Assembly: GCA_964352775.1 (NCBI GenBank)
Contig: CAYGTK010000002.1
Location: 1-60,810 of the forward strand
DNA length: 60,810 bases
Source of the DNA: an uncultured Chitinophagaceae bacterium
GTDB lineage: Bacteria; Bacteroidota; Bacteroidia; Chitinophagales; CAIOSU01
Direction: 5' to 3'
In this document: positions 38,379 to 48,497 of the stretch, piece by piece
How the letters are laid out: every line of letters starts with the position of its first letter
How positions within the stretch are numbered: the stretch's first letter is position 1
Translations under genes and position numbers: made by a program
Notes under the pieces: model-generated
Seen by the model: the letters and a program-made list of their open reading frames with translations, nothing else
What the model was told of the DNA's origin: nothing
Databases searched by the model: none

Positions 38379-39569
38379 TCAGTTCCCCAAAGCCTTAACG
38401 GCGAGGTAAGCCATTAACCCTGAACCCGTTTGCAAGGCACTTTCATCAATATTAAATGTAGGGGTATGAACAGGCGATGTGAAGTTCCCATCTTGGCTAG
38501 CAGTGCCCAAGCGATAAAAGCATCCTGGCACATGGTGCGTATAAAAAGCAAAGTCTTCAGCGGTCATCCTTATCGGCAGATCGACCACATTTTCGGCACC
38601 TAAATATTCTTCTGCCCAAATCTTGGATCTTGGGGTCAGTTCTTCATCATTCTTTAAAAATGGATAACCCACTTTAATAGCAATATCGGCTGATCCGCCC
38701 ATACTTTTAGTTAGAGAATTAACTAGTTCTTCTATCTTTTGGTGGGCTTCTTTCCGCCACGCTTCATTAAAAGTTCGGAAGGTGCCTTCCATCTTCACCT
38801 CGCTTGGGGTGATGTTGGTGGCAGTTCCACCTTCTATTTTACCAATGGTCAATACACTTGGTATAGACGGGTTCGCATTTCTACTAACCAGTTGCTGCAA
38901 TGCAACCACTACATGGCTAGCTATTAATATGGGGTCTATATTCCTATGTGGCATAGCAGCGTGCCCACCTTTTCCCCTAATAGTTATATATACCTCATCG
39001 GCTGATGCCATATACATCCCAGAACGAAAACCTACCTTTCCCGCTGGAAGATCTGGGAATACATGTTGACCGAAAATGCTCTCAGGCTTGGGGTTTTGTA
39101 GAACGCCTTCTTCTATCATTACCGATGCGCCACCCGGTAGTTTTTCTTCTGCTGGTTGAAAGATCAGTTTAATTTTTCCTGAAAAACTTGCTCTTAATTC
39201 TTGAAGGATGTTTGCAGCACCTAACAAACTAGCTGAATGCACATCGTGACCACAAGCGTGCATTTTGCCGCTATTTTTTGAAGCGTATTCTACTTCGTTT
39301 TGCTCTAATATGGGTAATGCATCCATATCAGCTCTTAGAGCTACCACTTTATCAGAAGGTAATTCTCCCTTGATGTAGGCAACTATACCTGTTTTAGCTA
39401 CCCCTGTTTGATGCTCAACTCCCCAACTGGTGAGAAGTGCACTAATGAATTCAGAAGTATTGGTTTCTTCAAATGCTAACTCTGGATTGGCATGTATCGT
39501 TCTGCGCCAAGCTATCATATCAGCATGTAGCTTTTGGCTTAATGCCTTTATTTCAGAAGCCAGATCCAT
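38379..39569 (-). CDS. M20-family amidohydrolase (N-acyl-L-amino acid amidohydrolase / hippuricase-like)
   Basis: RRTIHANPELAFEE, MHACGHD and GGHAAMPH motifs, 396 aa. Confidence 0.85.
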   Translation of the reverse strand: MDLASEIKALSQKLHADMIAWRRTIHANPELAFEETNTSEFISALLTSWGVEHQTGVAKTGIVAYIKGELPSDKVVALRADMDALPILEQNEVEYASKNSGKMHACGHDVHSASLLGAANILQELRASFSGKIKLIFQPAEEKLPGGASVMIEEGVLQNPKPESIFGQHVFPDLPAGKVGFRSGMYMASADEVYITIRGKGGHAAMPHRNIDPILIASHVVVALQQLVSRNANPSIPSVLTIGKIEGGTATNITPSEVKMEGTFRTFNEAWRKEAHQKIEELVNSLTKSMGGSADIAIKVGYPFLKNDEELTPRSKIWAEEYLGAENVVDLPIRMTAEDFAFYTHHVPGCFYRLGTASQDGNFTSPVHTPTFNIDESALQTGSGLMAYLAVKALGN

Positions 39570-39574
39570 ACCTT

Positions 39575-39997
39575 TTATTCGTCTTCCTTATCAGGAACTA
39601 GTTCATCCATAGAAATAGACTCCCTAGTAATGAAGGCATCGGGGTAGAATTCCGAAACTTCAGTTAGTGCCTTAGTAGCCTCTAGCTTGTTACGGAAGTT
39701 ACCTATGCGCAATTTAAAATTGGGTTGTTGATACTCTATGTAGGTAGGTACATCCTTAAACTGACGATAGAATTCCGACTTAGTTTGGTATACCTGAGCG
39801 CGATTCGTAGTAGATACGATCTGTATCCTATAGCCTTTTATAGCTGCGGTTTTCTTGTTCTCCTTCTTATAATCTTCTACCAGCGTTTCAAATTCATAAG
39901 GGGCTATTACCTCTACCGAACCAGCACTAAGCGAGTCAGTTTGAGCCTGTATAGAAAAAATACTAAATAGAAAAAGGGTGAAAAAAGCGAATCTCAT
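39575..39997 (-). CDS. SPOR-domain (peptidoglycan-binding) protein
   Basis: Signal peptide, then a GYRIQI...F...P.Y..Y..P.FKLRIGNF....A SPOR-like repeat pattern. Confidence 0.6.
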   Translation of the reverse strand: MRFAFFTLFLFSIFSIQAQTDSLSAGSVEVIAPYEFETLVEDYKKENKKTAAIKGYRIQIVSTTNRAQVYQTKSEFYRQFKDVPTYIEYQQPNFKLRIGNFRNKLEATKALTEVSEFYPDAFITRESISMDELVPDKEDE

Positions 39998-40638
39998 AAC
40001 AGTAAATTTGGTCCTGAAGAAGTACCTATTCTATTTGCTCCAGCGGCCACCAATTCTTTAGCAAAGCTTGGTTCTTTAATACCTCCAGAAGCTTTAATAC
40101 CGATCTTTTTAGGTAATGCTGAACGCATCAACTCTACATGAGCTACCGTTGCGCCAGCCCCATTAAAACCAGTAGATGTCTTTACAAAATCCACCTCTAA
40201 TTCGGCACAAAGCTCACAGAGTTCCACAATTCTTTCATCACTCATTAAAGCAGTCTCAATGATAACTTTTAGCTTACCATTGAGTAGATGCACCATAGTT
40301 AGCACGGAAGAAATATCGTTCCGTACATAAGTCATATCGCCGCTTTTGATGGCTGCCATATTTACTACCATATCTATCTCTTGGGCTCCATCTTCCATGG
40401 CCTTTTTAGCCTCATCTACTTTTGACCGAGTGCCTGAATAACCCAAAGGAAAGCCAACAACCGTTACTAGTTTAACGCTGGTTTCTTCCAACTTCTTATT
40501 AGCCAGTTGAACATAATAAGGTGGCACGCAAACTCCGAAAAATTCATACTCAATAGCTTCTTCACACAGCTTATTAATATCCGCTGCAGTACAATCGGGT
40601 TTAAGTAAGGTATGTTCTATAGTCGTATTCAATGCCAT
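39994..40638 (-). CDS. deoC: deoxyribose-phosphate aldolase
   Basis: IEHTLLKP, Schiff-base lysine region DFVKTSTGF, IKASGGI; 214 aa. Confidence 0.9.
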   Translation of the reverse strand: MALNTTIEHTLLKPDCTAADINKLCEEAIEYEFFGVCVPPYYVQLANKKLEETSVKLVTVVGFPLGYSGTRSKVDEAKKAMEDGAQEIDMVVNMAAIKSGDMTYVRNDISSVLTMVHLLNGKLKVIIETALMSDERIVELCELCAELEVDFVKTSTGFNGAGATVAHVELMRSALPKKIGIKASGGIKEPSFAKELVAAGANRIGTSSGPNLLL

Positions 40639-43600
40639 TAGCCTTGTGCTTTACCGTGGCATTGTTTGTACTTCTTACCGCTACCACATGGGCATGGTTC
40701 ATTTCTTCCCACTTTTTTCTCCACCCGGACAGGCTGAGCTTTTTTAGGCTCTTGTTGCTGACCTTGTTCTCCTGATGGGCCAGTAATTCCAGGCACATCG
40801 TCTCTTCCAGCTGTCATTCGGCTCATGTCCGTTTTTTGAGGGGCTTTCGCCTCGCGCACTTGTTGAGGATCTTGCGCAGGAAGGTTTCCTTTAAATAAGA
40901 ACGATGTTACTTCACGATTTACCTCTCCAAGCATGCTCTGGAACAATGGGAACGCTTCTAACTTATAAACCAACAATGGATCTTTCTGCTCATAAACTGC
41001 TGCTTGTACAGACGTTTTCAGCTCATCCATATTACGCAAGTGTTCTTTCCAAGAATTATCGATGATACCAAGAAGAACTGCTTTCTCAAAAGAGCGAATA
41101 ACCTCATAACCACCTGACTCTAAAGCCTTCTCCAGATTGATGAGTATGTTCATCTGTTTTTTACCGTCAGAGAATGGTATGATAATATTCTTTATCGTCT
41201 CGCCTCTATTGGCATACACATCTTTAATAACGGGCATGGTCATAGTAACGATCTGATCGTTCTTGCGCTTGTAAGCTGCTTTAACTTGGTCGTAAAGCTG
41301 TTCTGTTAACTTTTGGGCTTTACCACTATTGAATTGTTCTTCAGTAATAGCTGCATCTACAGAGAAAAAGCGAATTACATCGGCTTTCAGTCCTGCATGG
41401 TCTCTAGCATCCATATGCATCTCTACTAAAGACAGGCACAGGTCGTAGAAGGTATTACTAATGTCTACCGACAAACGCTCACCAAATAAGGCGTGCTTAC
41501 GTTTTTTATAGATTTCTTCCCGCTGGATGTTCATTACATCATCAAACTCTAGTAACCGCTTACGCGTACCAAAGTGGTTTTCTTCTACCTTTTTCTGTGC
41601 TCGCTCAATGGATTTGGTTACCATCGAGTGTTGTATCACCTCACCATCTTCATAGCCCATACGATCCATTAAGCTGGCAATACGGTCTGACCCGAACAAG
41701 CGCATCAAATTGTCTTCCAAACAGACGAAGAATTGGGATGAACCCGGGTCTCCTTGACGACCAGCACGACCACGTAACTGCCTATCTACACGTCTACTCT
41801 CATGACGTTCAGAACCGATAATGGCTAAACCACCTGCGGCTTTTACTTTATCGCTTATCTTAATATCCGTACCTCTACCAGCCATGTTAGTTGCTACCGT
41901 AACGGCTCCATCACGTCCTGCCTCGGCAACTATATCGGCTTCTCTACCGTGCTGCTTTGCATTCAATACATTGTGGGGAATGTTCTTCATTTTCAGCATT
42001 CGGCCCAGTAATTCTGAAACCTCTACCGAAGTAGTACCTACTAACACTGGGCGACCAGCATCACGAAGGCTTAATACCTCCTCGATAATGGCGTTGAATT
42101 TCTCTCGCTTGGTTTTATATACCAAGTCTTGCTTATCATCACGTACAATTGGTCGGTTGGTAGGAATAACTACCACGTCCAACTTGTAGATCTCCCATAG
42201 CTCACCTGCTTCTGTTTCCGCAGTACCGGTCATACCCGATAGCTTATGGTACATACGGAAGAAGTTCTGTAGGGTAACTGTAGCAAAAGTCTGCGTAGCA
42301 GCTTCTACTTTCACATTCTCTTTAGCCTCAATAGCTTGGTGCAATCCATCCGAGTAACGGCGACCTTCCATAATACGGCCTGTATTCTCATCTACTATCT
42401 TCACCTTACCATCCATTACTACGTACTCATCTTCCTTTTGGAATAATGCGTAGGCTTTTAACAACTGCTGAATAGCATGCAAACGCTCCGACTTAACAGC
42501 GAAATCTTGCATTAGCTGATCTTTCTTCTTCACTTTCTCATCATCCAGCATGTCAGAGTTATCTATCTCTACCATTTCGGCACCTACATCAGGCATAATG
42601 AAAAAACTCGTATCCTCTCCGGCTCCAGTTATCAGCTCAATTCCTTTCTCGGTCAATTCTACCGAGTTGTTTTTCTCTTCTATCACAAAGAACAATTCCT
42701 GATCTACCACAGGCATATTCTTCGATTGCTCTTGTAGATAATAGTTCTCCGTTTTTTGAAGAACTTGTTTTACTCCACCTTCACTCAAATATTTGATAAG
42801 GGGACTATGCTTAGGCAAACCACGGTGTGCTCGTAGTAGCTTAAGTCCACCTTCTTTTTCACTGGTTTTTTTCTCGGCTATTTCTTTCTTTGCTTCAGTT
42901 AAGCTAGCTGTAACTACTTTTTTCTGTGCTTCTACTAGCTTCTGTATCCTTGGCTTTAGTTGATAGAACTCTTGCTCATCTCCACGCGGAACTGGACCCG
43001 AAATGATCAACGGGGTACGCGCGTCATCAATTAATACCGAATCCACCTCATCCACCATGGCAAAGTGCAACTTGTGCTGTACTAAGTCTTCTGGGGTACG
43101 CGACATATTATCACGCAAATAATCGAAGCCGAATTCGTTATTCGTTCCGTAAACTATATCGTTGCGGTAAGCTGTTCTTCTTTCTTCTGAATTGGGCTGA
43201 TACTTATCTATACAATCGATGGTCAATCCTAAGAATTGGAATATCGGTGCCATCCACTCGCTATCCCTACGGGCTAGGTAGTCATTCACCGTTACTATGT
43301 GCACTCCTTGACCAGATAGTCCATTCAAGTAAGCTGGCAAGGTTGCCACCAAGGTTTTACCCTCACCAGTAGCCATCTCCGCTACCTTTCCTTTGTGCAA
43401 TACGATACCACCGATCAACTGCACATCGTAATGCACCATGTTCCAATCGGTCTCCACACCAGCAGCTAGCCACTTGGTGTGGTAGTATACTTGATCTCCT
43501 TCTATCTCAATATTGTCTCTTCCTACTGATAGGTCTCTATCAAGGTCGGTTGCTTTGGCAGCCAATTTCCCATCTCCTGAAAAACGACTTGCAGTTTCTT

Positions 43601-43958
43601 TTACTACGGCAAATGCTTCTGGCAATATTTCCATCAGCACCTCTTCCAATTTCTTATCGCGGTCTTTTACTATCTCATCTATCTTCTGGTAGATCTCTTC
43701 TTTGGCATCAGGATCCATATCAGGAGCATCCTCTATAGACGCCTTTTTATCTGCTATTTCTTTATCAATAGCTTCTAAATGAGAACTAACACGAGCGCGG
43801 AACAGATCGGTCTTAGCCCTTAACTCATCATTAGAAATACCTTGAAGCTTAGCGTACTCATCGTTAACCTGCTTCACTAAAGGATACATGTCCTTTACGT
43901 CACGGTCGCTTTTGCTTCCAAATACCTTTGTTATCGTTTTCGAGATAAGATCGAACAT
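40638..43958 (-). CDS. secA: preprotein translocase ATPase SecA
   Basis: 1106 aa with DEAD-like motor motifs (MATGEGKT, VDEVDS, TNMAGRGTDI) and the C-terminal zinc finger CPCGSGKKYKQCHG. Confidence 0.97.
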   Translation of the reverse strand: MFDLISKTITKVFGSKSDRDVKDMYPLVKQVNDEYAKLQGISNDELRAKTDLFRARVSSHLEAIDKEIADKKASIEDAPDMDPDAKEEIYQKIDEIVKDRDKKLEEVLMEILPEAFAVVKETASRFSGDGKLAAKATDLDRDLSVGRDNIEIEGDQVYYHTKWLAAGVETDWNMVHYDVQLIGGIVLHKGKVAEMATGEGKTLVATLPAYLNGLSGQGVHIVTVNDYLARRDSEWMAPIFQFLGLTIDCIDKYQPNSEERRTAYRNDIVYGTNNEFGFDYLRDNMSRTPEDLVQHKLHFAMVDEVDSVLIDDARTPLIISGPVPRGDEQEFYQLKPRIQKLVEAQKKVVTASLTEAKKEIAEKKTSEKEGGLKLLRAHRGLPKHSPLIKYLSEGGVKQVLQKTENYYLQEQSKNMPVVDQELFFVIEEKNNSVELTEKGIELITGAGEDTSFFIMPDVGAEMVEIDNSDMLDDEKVKKKDQLMQDFAVKSERLHAIQQLLKAYALFQKEDEYVVMDGKVKIVDENTGRIMEGRRYSDGLHQAIEAKENVKVEAATQTFATVTLQNFFRMYHKLSGMTGTAETEAGELWEIYKLDVVVIPTNRPIVRDDKQDLVYKTKREKFNAIIEEVLSLRDAGRPVLVGTTSVEVSELLGRMLKMKNIPHNVLNAKQHGREADIVAEAGRDGAVTVATNMAGRGTDIKISDKVKAAGGLAIIGSERHESRRVDRQLRGRAGRQGDPGSSQFFVCLEDNLMRLFGSDRIASLMDRMGYEDGEVIQHSMVTKSIERAQKKVEENHFGTRKRLLEFDDVMNIQREEIYKKRKHALFGERLSVDISNTFYDLCLSLVEMHMDARDHAGLKADVIRFFSVDAAITEEQFNSGKAQKLTEQLYDQVKAAYKRKNDQIVTMTMPVIKDVYANRGETIKNIIIPFSDGKKQMNILINLEKALESGGYEVIRSFEKAVLLGIIDNSWKEHLRNMDELKTSVQAAVYEQKDPLLVYKLEAFPLFQSMLGEVNREVTSFLFKGNLPAQDPQQVREAKAPQKTDMSRMTAGRDDVPGITGPSGEQGQQQEPKKAQPVRVEKKVGRNEPCPCGSGKKYKQCHGKAQG

Positions 43959-44089
43959 AGATAGTGCTTTAAATTGCGAATAGCTGGGTAAAGTTAACTG
44001 AAATTATTGTCCTGTTAAGGTGCTGGTAAGTTCGAATATAGCTCTATAGCCCGGCAAAATGTTTTTACTTTTGAACAAATTCTATACCA

Positions 44090-45364
44090 ATGAACATCTT
44101 GTTGATAGGCTCTGGCGGAAGAGAGCATGCATTTGCTTGGAAATTAGCTCAAAGTGAGCAATGTGAAGAGCTATATATAGCCCCTGGAAATGGCGGAACT
44201 GCCGAGTGTGGAACCAATGTTGCCATAGCAGCCAACGACTTACAAGGCATAGGCGAATTCTGTGCCAAAAATGCCATTGATATGGTTGTAGTTGGCCCTG
44301 AAGACCCTTTGGTGCTGGGCATATACGACCATTTTTTGCAAACAAAAAACTTAAAGCATATTCATGTAATAGGGCCATCAAAAGAAGGGGCACAACTAGA
44401 GGGCAGTAAGGCCTATGCAAAGGAGTTTATGCTAGCCAACAATATACCTACGGCTGCTTACCAAGAATTTGGGGTAAATGACCTAGAAAAAGGAATCAGC
44501 TATATTGACAGCCAAGCACCGCCTATCGTATTAAAAGCTGACGGATTGGCAGCGGGCAAGGGTGTATTGATATGCCCGACCCTGGAAGAAGCAAAGGCAT
44601 CACTAAAAGAAATGTTGAGCGATGGCAAGTTCGGGAAGGCAGGAGAAAAGGTAGTAATTGAAGATTTCCTTTCAGGAATTGAATTCTCCGTTTTTGTACT
44701 TACGGATGGCGAGAATTACAAAATACTTCCTGTAGCGAAAGATTATAAACGCATTGGCGAAGGAGACACAGGATTAAATACTGGCGGAATGGGAGCAATA
44801 ACTCCAGTGCCATTCGTGACGGATGAAATGATGAAAAAAGTGGAGGAGCGCGTTATACTCCCCACCATTAAGGGATTAAAAGACCGAAACATCACTTACA
44901 AGGGCTTCATCTATATAGGGTTGATACAAGTAGAAAATGAGCCGTTCATAATTGAATATAACTGCCGCATGGGCGACCCCGAAACGGAGGTAGTTATCCC
45001 AAGGCTTAATAATGACCTAGTCGATCTATTTAAAGGAGTGGGCACAGGTACCTTAGCAGCGCATACTATTGATATGGATGAGCGTAGCTATGCTACCGTG
45101 GTAATGGTGTCAGGCGGTTACCCAGAGTCTTATGAGAAGGGGAAGGTAATAAGTGGTGCCAATGGCATTGAAGATAGTATCGTATTTCATGCCGGTACGA
45201 AATATGATGGGGAAGACTTAGTTACAAGCGGTGGCCGCGTATTGACCATCACATCCGCAGCACCAAGCTTAAAGGAGGCACTTGAATTGTCTATTGCCAA
45301 TGCTGAGAAGATCAGCTTCGATAAAAAGAACTACCGCAAAGACATCGGTTTTGACGTGCTGTAG
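44090..45364 (+). CDS. purD: phosphoribosylamine-glycine ligase
   Basis: MNILLIGSGGREHA N-terminus, ATP-grasp fold, 424 aa. Confidence 0.95.
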   Translation: MNILLIGSGGREHAFAWKLAQSEQCEELYIAPGNGGTAECGTNVAIAANDLQGIGEFCAKNAIDMVVVGPEDPLVLGIYDHFLQTKNLKHIHVIGPSKEGAQLEGSKAYAKEFMLANNIPTAAYQEFGVNDLEKGISYIDSQAPPIVLKADGLAAGKGVLICPTLEEAKASLKEMLSDGKFGKAGEKVVIEDFLSGIEFSVFVLTDGENYKILPVAKDYKRIGEGDTGLNTGGMGAITPVPFVTDEMMKKVEERVILPTIKGLKDRNITYKGFIYIGLIQVENEPFIIEYNCRMGDPETEVVIPRLNNDLVDLFKGVGTGTLAAHTIDMDERSYATVVMVSGGYPESYEKGKVISGANGIEDSIVFHAGTKYDGEDLVTSGGRVLTITSAAPSLKEALELSIANAEKISFDKKNYRKDIGFDVL

Positions 45365-45377
45365 TTACAGTGATATT

Positions 45378-45420
45378 AAAAGAAAAGGGGCGATAATTAC
45401 TTATCGCCCCTTTTTATTTT
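45378..45420. terminator. bidirectional rho-independent terminator between purD and the convergent T9SS gene
   Basis: GGGGCGATAA (45387-45396), loop TTAC, TTATCGCCCC (45401-45410), flanked by an A-run upstream and a T-run downstream. Confidence 0.8.
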
Positions 45421-45435
45421 TAGATGGAATAGCTA

Positions 45436-47391
45436 TTAGTAAACCGAAATTCTTTGGTCTACTGTAGCTCCGTTAGCTGAAATACGAACGATGTAAACTC
45501 CAGGGCTTAATGTACTTACATCAATACCTGTTTTAACTGAGCCACCATTAGTGGTTAATTCAGTTATCATCATTTCTTTACCTACTACATCAAATACTTG
45601 TACTGATAGCTCATTGGCTTCAGCAGCAGTTATCTCCAAAGTAACCATATCAGTACTTGGATTAGGATAAAGCTTAAGGTCGCTGAAAATGCTCGCATCG
45701 GCTATACTCGATACAATATTTACTACAACAGTAGCACTCTGGTCGCAAGCACCATCGCTAGCAGTAACGGTGTAAGAACCTGCTGTAGAAACTGTTAAAG
45801 ACGGTCCTGATTCACCGCTGCTCCAAGTGTGACCTGACAGTCCAGTTGTAGTAGCTTCTAGGTCAACCGTTTCTCCTGTATTCAAGGTAATAGGTCCAGC
45901 TGGACTAACTGTTAATGGGTTATTGTAGAATACTTCTACATCACCAATTTCAATAGGAAGTTCCAACACATCATCATCTTCATCGTAAATACCAGCAGCA
46001 CCCGCAAGCGTAGCAATAATATCAGGTAATCCGTTTATACGAACCAACATGGTAAATTCAACACCGTAAGTACCGGCATCATCACAAGTATTTCCACAAA
46101 GCTTGATACATCCTAGGTCAGTTACTCCAGGAGCTAAACCTGGGAAGTAGGTACAATCGTTACCTGGCTGGTCACATTCCCACTCAATACCTTGCGGTAA
46201 TCCTGAAACACCGCCAATAGCATAGAATTCAACTTCCAAGTCATCAGGAATTGGCAAACCAAACCCACCAATAGGAATACCTACCGCATCAGAAATGATC
46301 TCTTCAATATCTAATTCTTGAGGTAAAAAGAACGTGATGTTCTCATCATATGCTGCTCCTGCTTCAATATCAGCTATAGAACCAGTACATATAGTTGGCA
46401 CAGGACCAGAACAACCCGCGCCTGAAACAACGCAACCTGCACAGTCATCACCACAGTTTGTTAATACATCTACGAAAACGGAAGCCGTATCAGCACAACC
46501 TGCATTAGAAACTATTACTTGGTAAGTAACAGGGACCGTTAGTCCAGTTATTACTGGGTTGGCTACATTAGCATCAACCATACCCGTAGTTGGCGACCAA
46601 GCATAGGAGTCTCCACCTGAAGCAAAAAGCTGTAATACTTCTCCTTCACAAACGGAGGTATCATTGCTTGCAGATGCATCAAGATCAGCTATCTCTATCT
46701 CTTCTGCTACAGAACACACTATATCTCCTGTACTGGTTAAGGTTACGGTGTACGTACCAGCACTAGTTACATCAACAGTATTGGTAGTTTCACCCGTGCT
46801 CCATAAGTAAGAGTCAAATCCATTAGCAACAGTTAGTGTAACAACATCGCCAGGAGCCGAAGGACATAGAAAACCAGATGAAGCAACTATTTCTGAATCA
46901 GGGAAAGAACTAATAACCTCTAACGAAATAGGGAATGGTAGCTCAAGAGATGGTAAGAATGCATTAACTGGTGGAGGTAATGCCACATCAAAATTCAATG
47001 ATACATCGTAGTCACCAGCTAGATCGCAAACTGCTCCCGAAATATTCACACAACCATAAGGATTCTGAGATGGATCGTACTCACCGTTAGCATTGCTAAA
47101 AGTAGCTGTAAGCCCATCAGGCAACCCACTTATACTTAGTGAAACATCTGTAATAACTATGGCCGGAATAGGTAATGGAATACCTAAACTTGCAAGATCT
47201 AACTCACTTGGCATGTTAAAGGTCACATCTTCGCTATAGTTAAATGCTACAGATGCGTCAGGCAAGTTATCGGGGCATACAGCACCAAATGGACCGCTAC
47301 AGTTAGTAGAGTCGATAGTGCATTGTCCATTCACAGTATTTATACCTGCAAAAAGGAAAATAGTCACAAGGAATAGAAACACATTCTTCAT
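45436..47391 (-). CDS. secreted T9SS type-A cargo protein with two copies of an unassigned Cys-framed module plus Ig-like repeats
   Basis: Signal peptide; modules starting QCTIDSTNCSG... and CAGCVVSGAGCSG...; Y.WSTGETT..V...G.Y.V repeats; C-terminal LKLYPNPSTDMVTLEI...GVYIVRI sorting domain. Confidence 0.7.
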   Translation of the reverse strand: MKNVFLFLVTIFLFAGINTVNGQCTIDSTNCSGPFGAVCPDNLPDASVAFNYSEDVTFNMPSELDLASLGIPLPIPAIVITDVSLSISGLPDGLTATFSNANGEYDPSQNPYGCVNISGAVCDLAGDYDVSLNFDVALPPPVNAFLPSLELPFPISLEVISSFPDSEIVASSGFLCPSAPGDVVTLTVANGFDSYLWSTGETTNTVDVTSAGTYTVTLTSTGDIVCSVAEEIEIADLDASASNDTSVCEGEVLQLFASGGDSYAWSPTTGMVDANVANPVITGLTVPVTYQVIVSNAGCADTASVFVDVLTNCGDDCAGCVVSGAGCSGPVPTICTGSIADIEAGAAYDENITFFLPQELDIEEIISDAVGIPIGGFGLPIPDDLEVEFYAIGGVSGLPQGIEWECDQPGNDCTYFPGLAPGVTDLGCIKLCGNTCDDAGTYGVEFTMLVRINGLPDIIATLAGAAGIYDEDDDVLELPIEIGDVEVFYNNPLTVSPAGPITLNTGETVDLEATTTGLSGHTWSSGESGPSLTVSTAGSYTVTASDGACDQSATVVVNIVSSIADASIFSDLKLYPNPSTDMVTLEITAAEANELSVQVFDVVGKEMMITELTTNGGSVKTGIDVSTLSPGVYIVRISANGATVDQRISVY

Positions 47392-47405
47392 GATAATGAT
47401 AGGGT

Positions 47406-48497
47406 TTAGTATCTAGGGTTAATTAAAATTTTATGGGTCGTTAGTTGCTCGTTCATGGTAACTCTTAGAAAGTACATCCCTGGCTTTTCTTCGCTCAAGT
47501 TGATAGCAGAAGGTGCTTCAGTAGAGGTAAATATCCGTTTCCCTTGCACGTCCAACACTTCCACTAAGGTTGCATCTTGAGCATATTCTAAATATAGAAC
47601 ATCGCTCACGGGATTTGGAAAATACTCGACCAATGGAAACTGACCATCAATGGAAGCCACACTGGTGCCTATAGGGATAACCGTTTGGCTATAAGTAGTC
47701 TCATAAGTACATCCACTAGTATCTGTTACGGTAACACTATAAATAGTGCTACCATTTGGTGCAGCTGTTAATGTAGAAGTAGTTTCACCAGTAGACCAAG
47801 TATAAGTACTAAATCCAGCAGTAGCCGTTAATTCAATAGTTTCACCTTCAGCAATGGTAGCTGGCTTGTTACTTACCACCTCCAGTGGCATTGATGAACT
47901 TGGATCTACAGCAATAGTAAATCCATAAGACCCATCAGATGGAATAGAATCAAAGTTTATTAAACCTCCTCCAGGCAATCCACCACCACCAAAGGCTGTG
48001 GGATCAATACGCTGAACGGTAGTATAATTCACTTGTAGATCTTTAATTCCAGCATCGTCGCAATCCAACATTCCACAGAGACGTATACATGCTGTTTTAT
48101 TAGCAAAACTTGGGAAATATAGACATCCATTAGCGGAAGAATCGCATTCCCAACTTACGCCAGCAGGCAATCCACTTATACTTGTAATGGTATAGCGGCG
48201 TATCTCAATATCAAACGTAATAGGAGATGGTATCCCAATAATTGGGAATGGATCGCCTTGCTTTATCGTAAAGCGAGAGGGCATTTGAATAGTGATGTCG
48301 TGTTCGAAAGTCTGCGCTGCACGGCCTAATGCTACAGTATCACCACAAATTGTGGTACTTAATCCATCTAATGGACCAACCGTGGGGCACAGGGTATCAT
48401 TCTTAACACATCCTGGGCATTGCCCAAAAGAATATAGTTGGCCCGCTAAAAGCAGACCAACTATACCTAATATTCTATAAAGAGACTTACGCCTCAC
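47406..48497 (-). CDS. secreted T9SS type-A cargo protein with one copy of the Cys-framed module
   Basis: GTG start and signal peptide; QCPGCVKNDTLCP... module with LPAGVSWECD...ACIRLCG..DCDDAG; Ig-like repeat; C-terminal EYFPNPVSDVLYLEY...GMYFLRV. Confidence 0.7.
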   Translation of the reverse strand: MRRKSLYRILGIVGLLLAGQLYSFGQCPGCVKNDTLCPTVGPLDGLSTTICGDTVALGRAAQTFEHDITIQMPSRFTIKQGDPFPIIGIPSPITFDIEIRRYTITSISGLPAGVSWECDSSANGCLYFPSFANKTACIRLCGMLDCDDAGIKDLQVNYTTVQRIDPTAFGGGGLPGGGLINFDSIPSDGSYGFTIAVDPSSSMPLEVVSNKPATIAEGETIELTATAGFSTYTWSTGETTSTLTAAPNGSTIYSVTVTDTSGCTYETTYSQTVIPIGTSVASIDGQFPLVEYFPNPVSDVLYLEYAQDATLVEVLDVQGKRIFTSTEAPSAINLSEEKPGMYFLRVTMNEQLTTHKILINPRY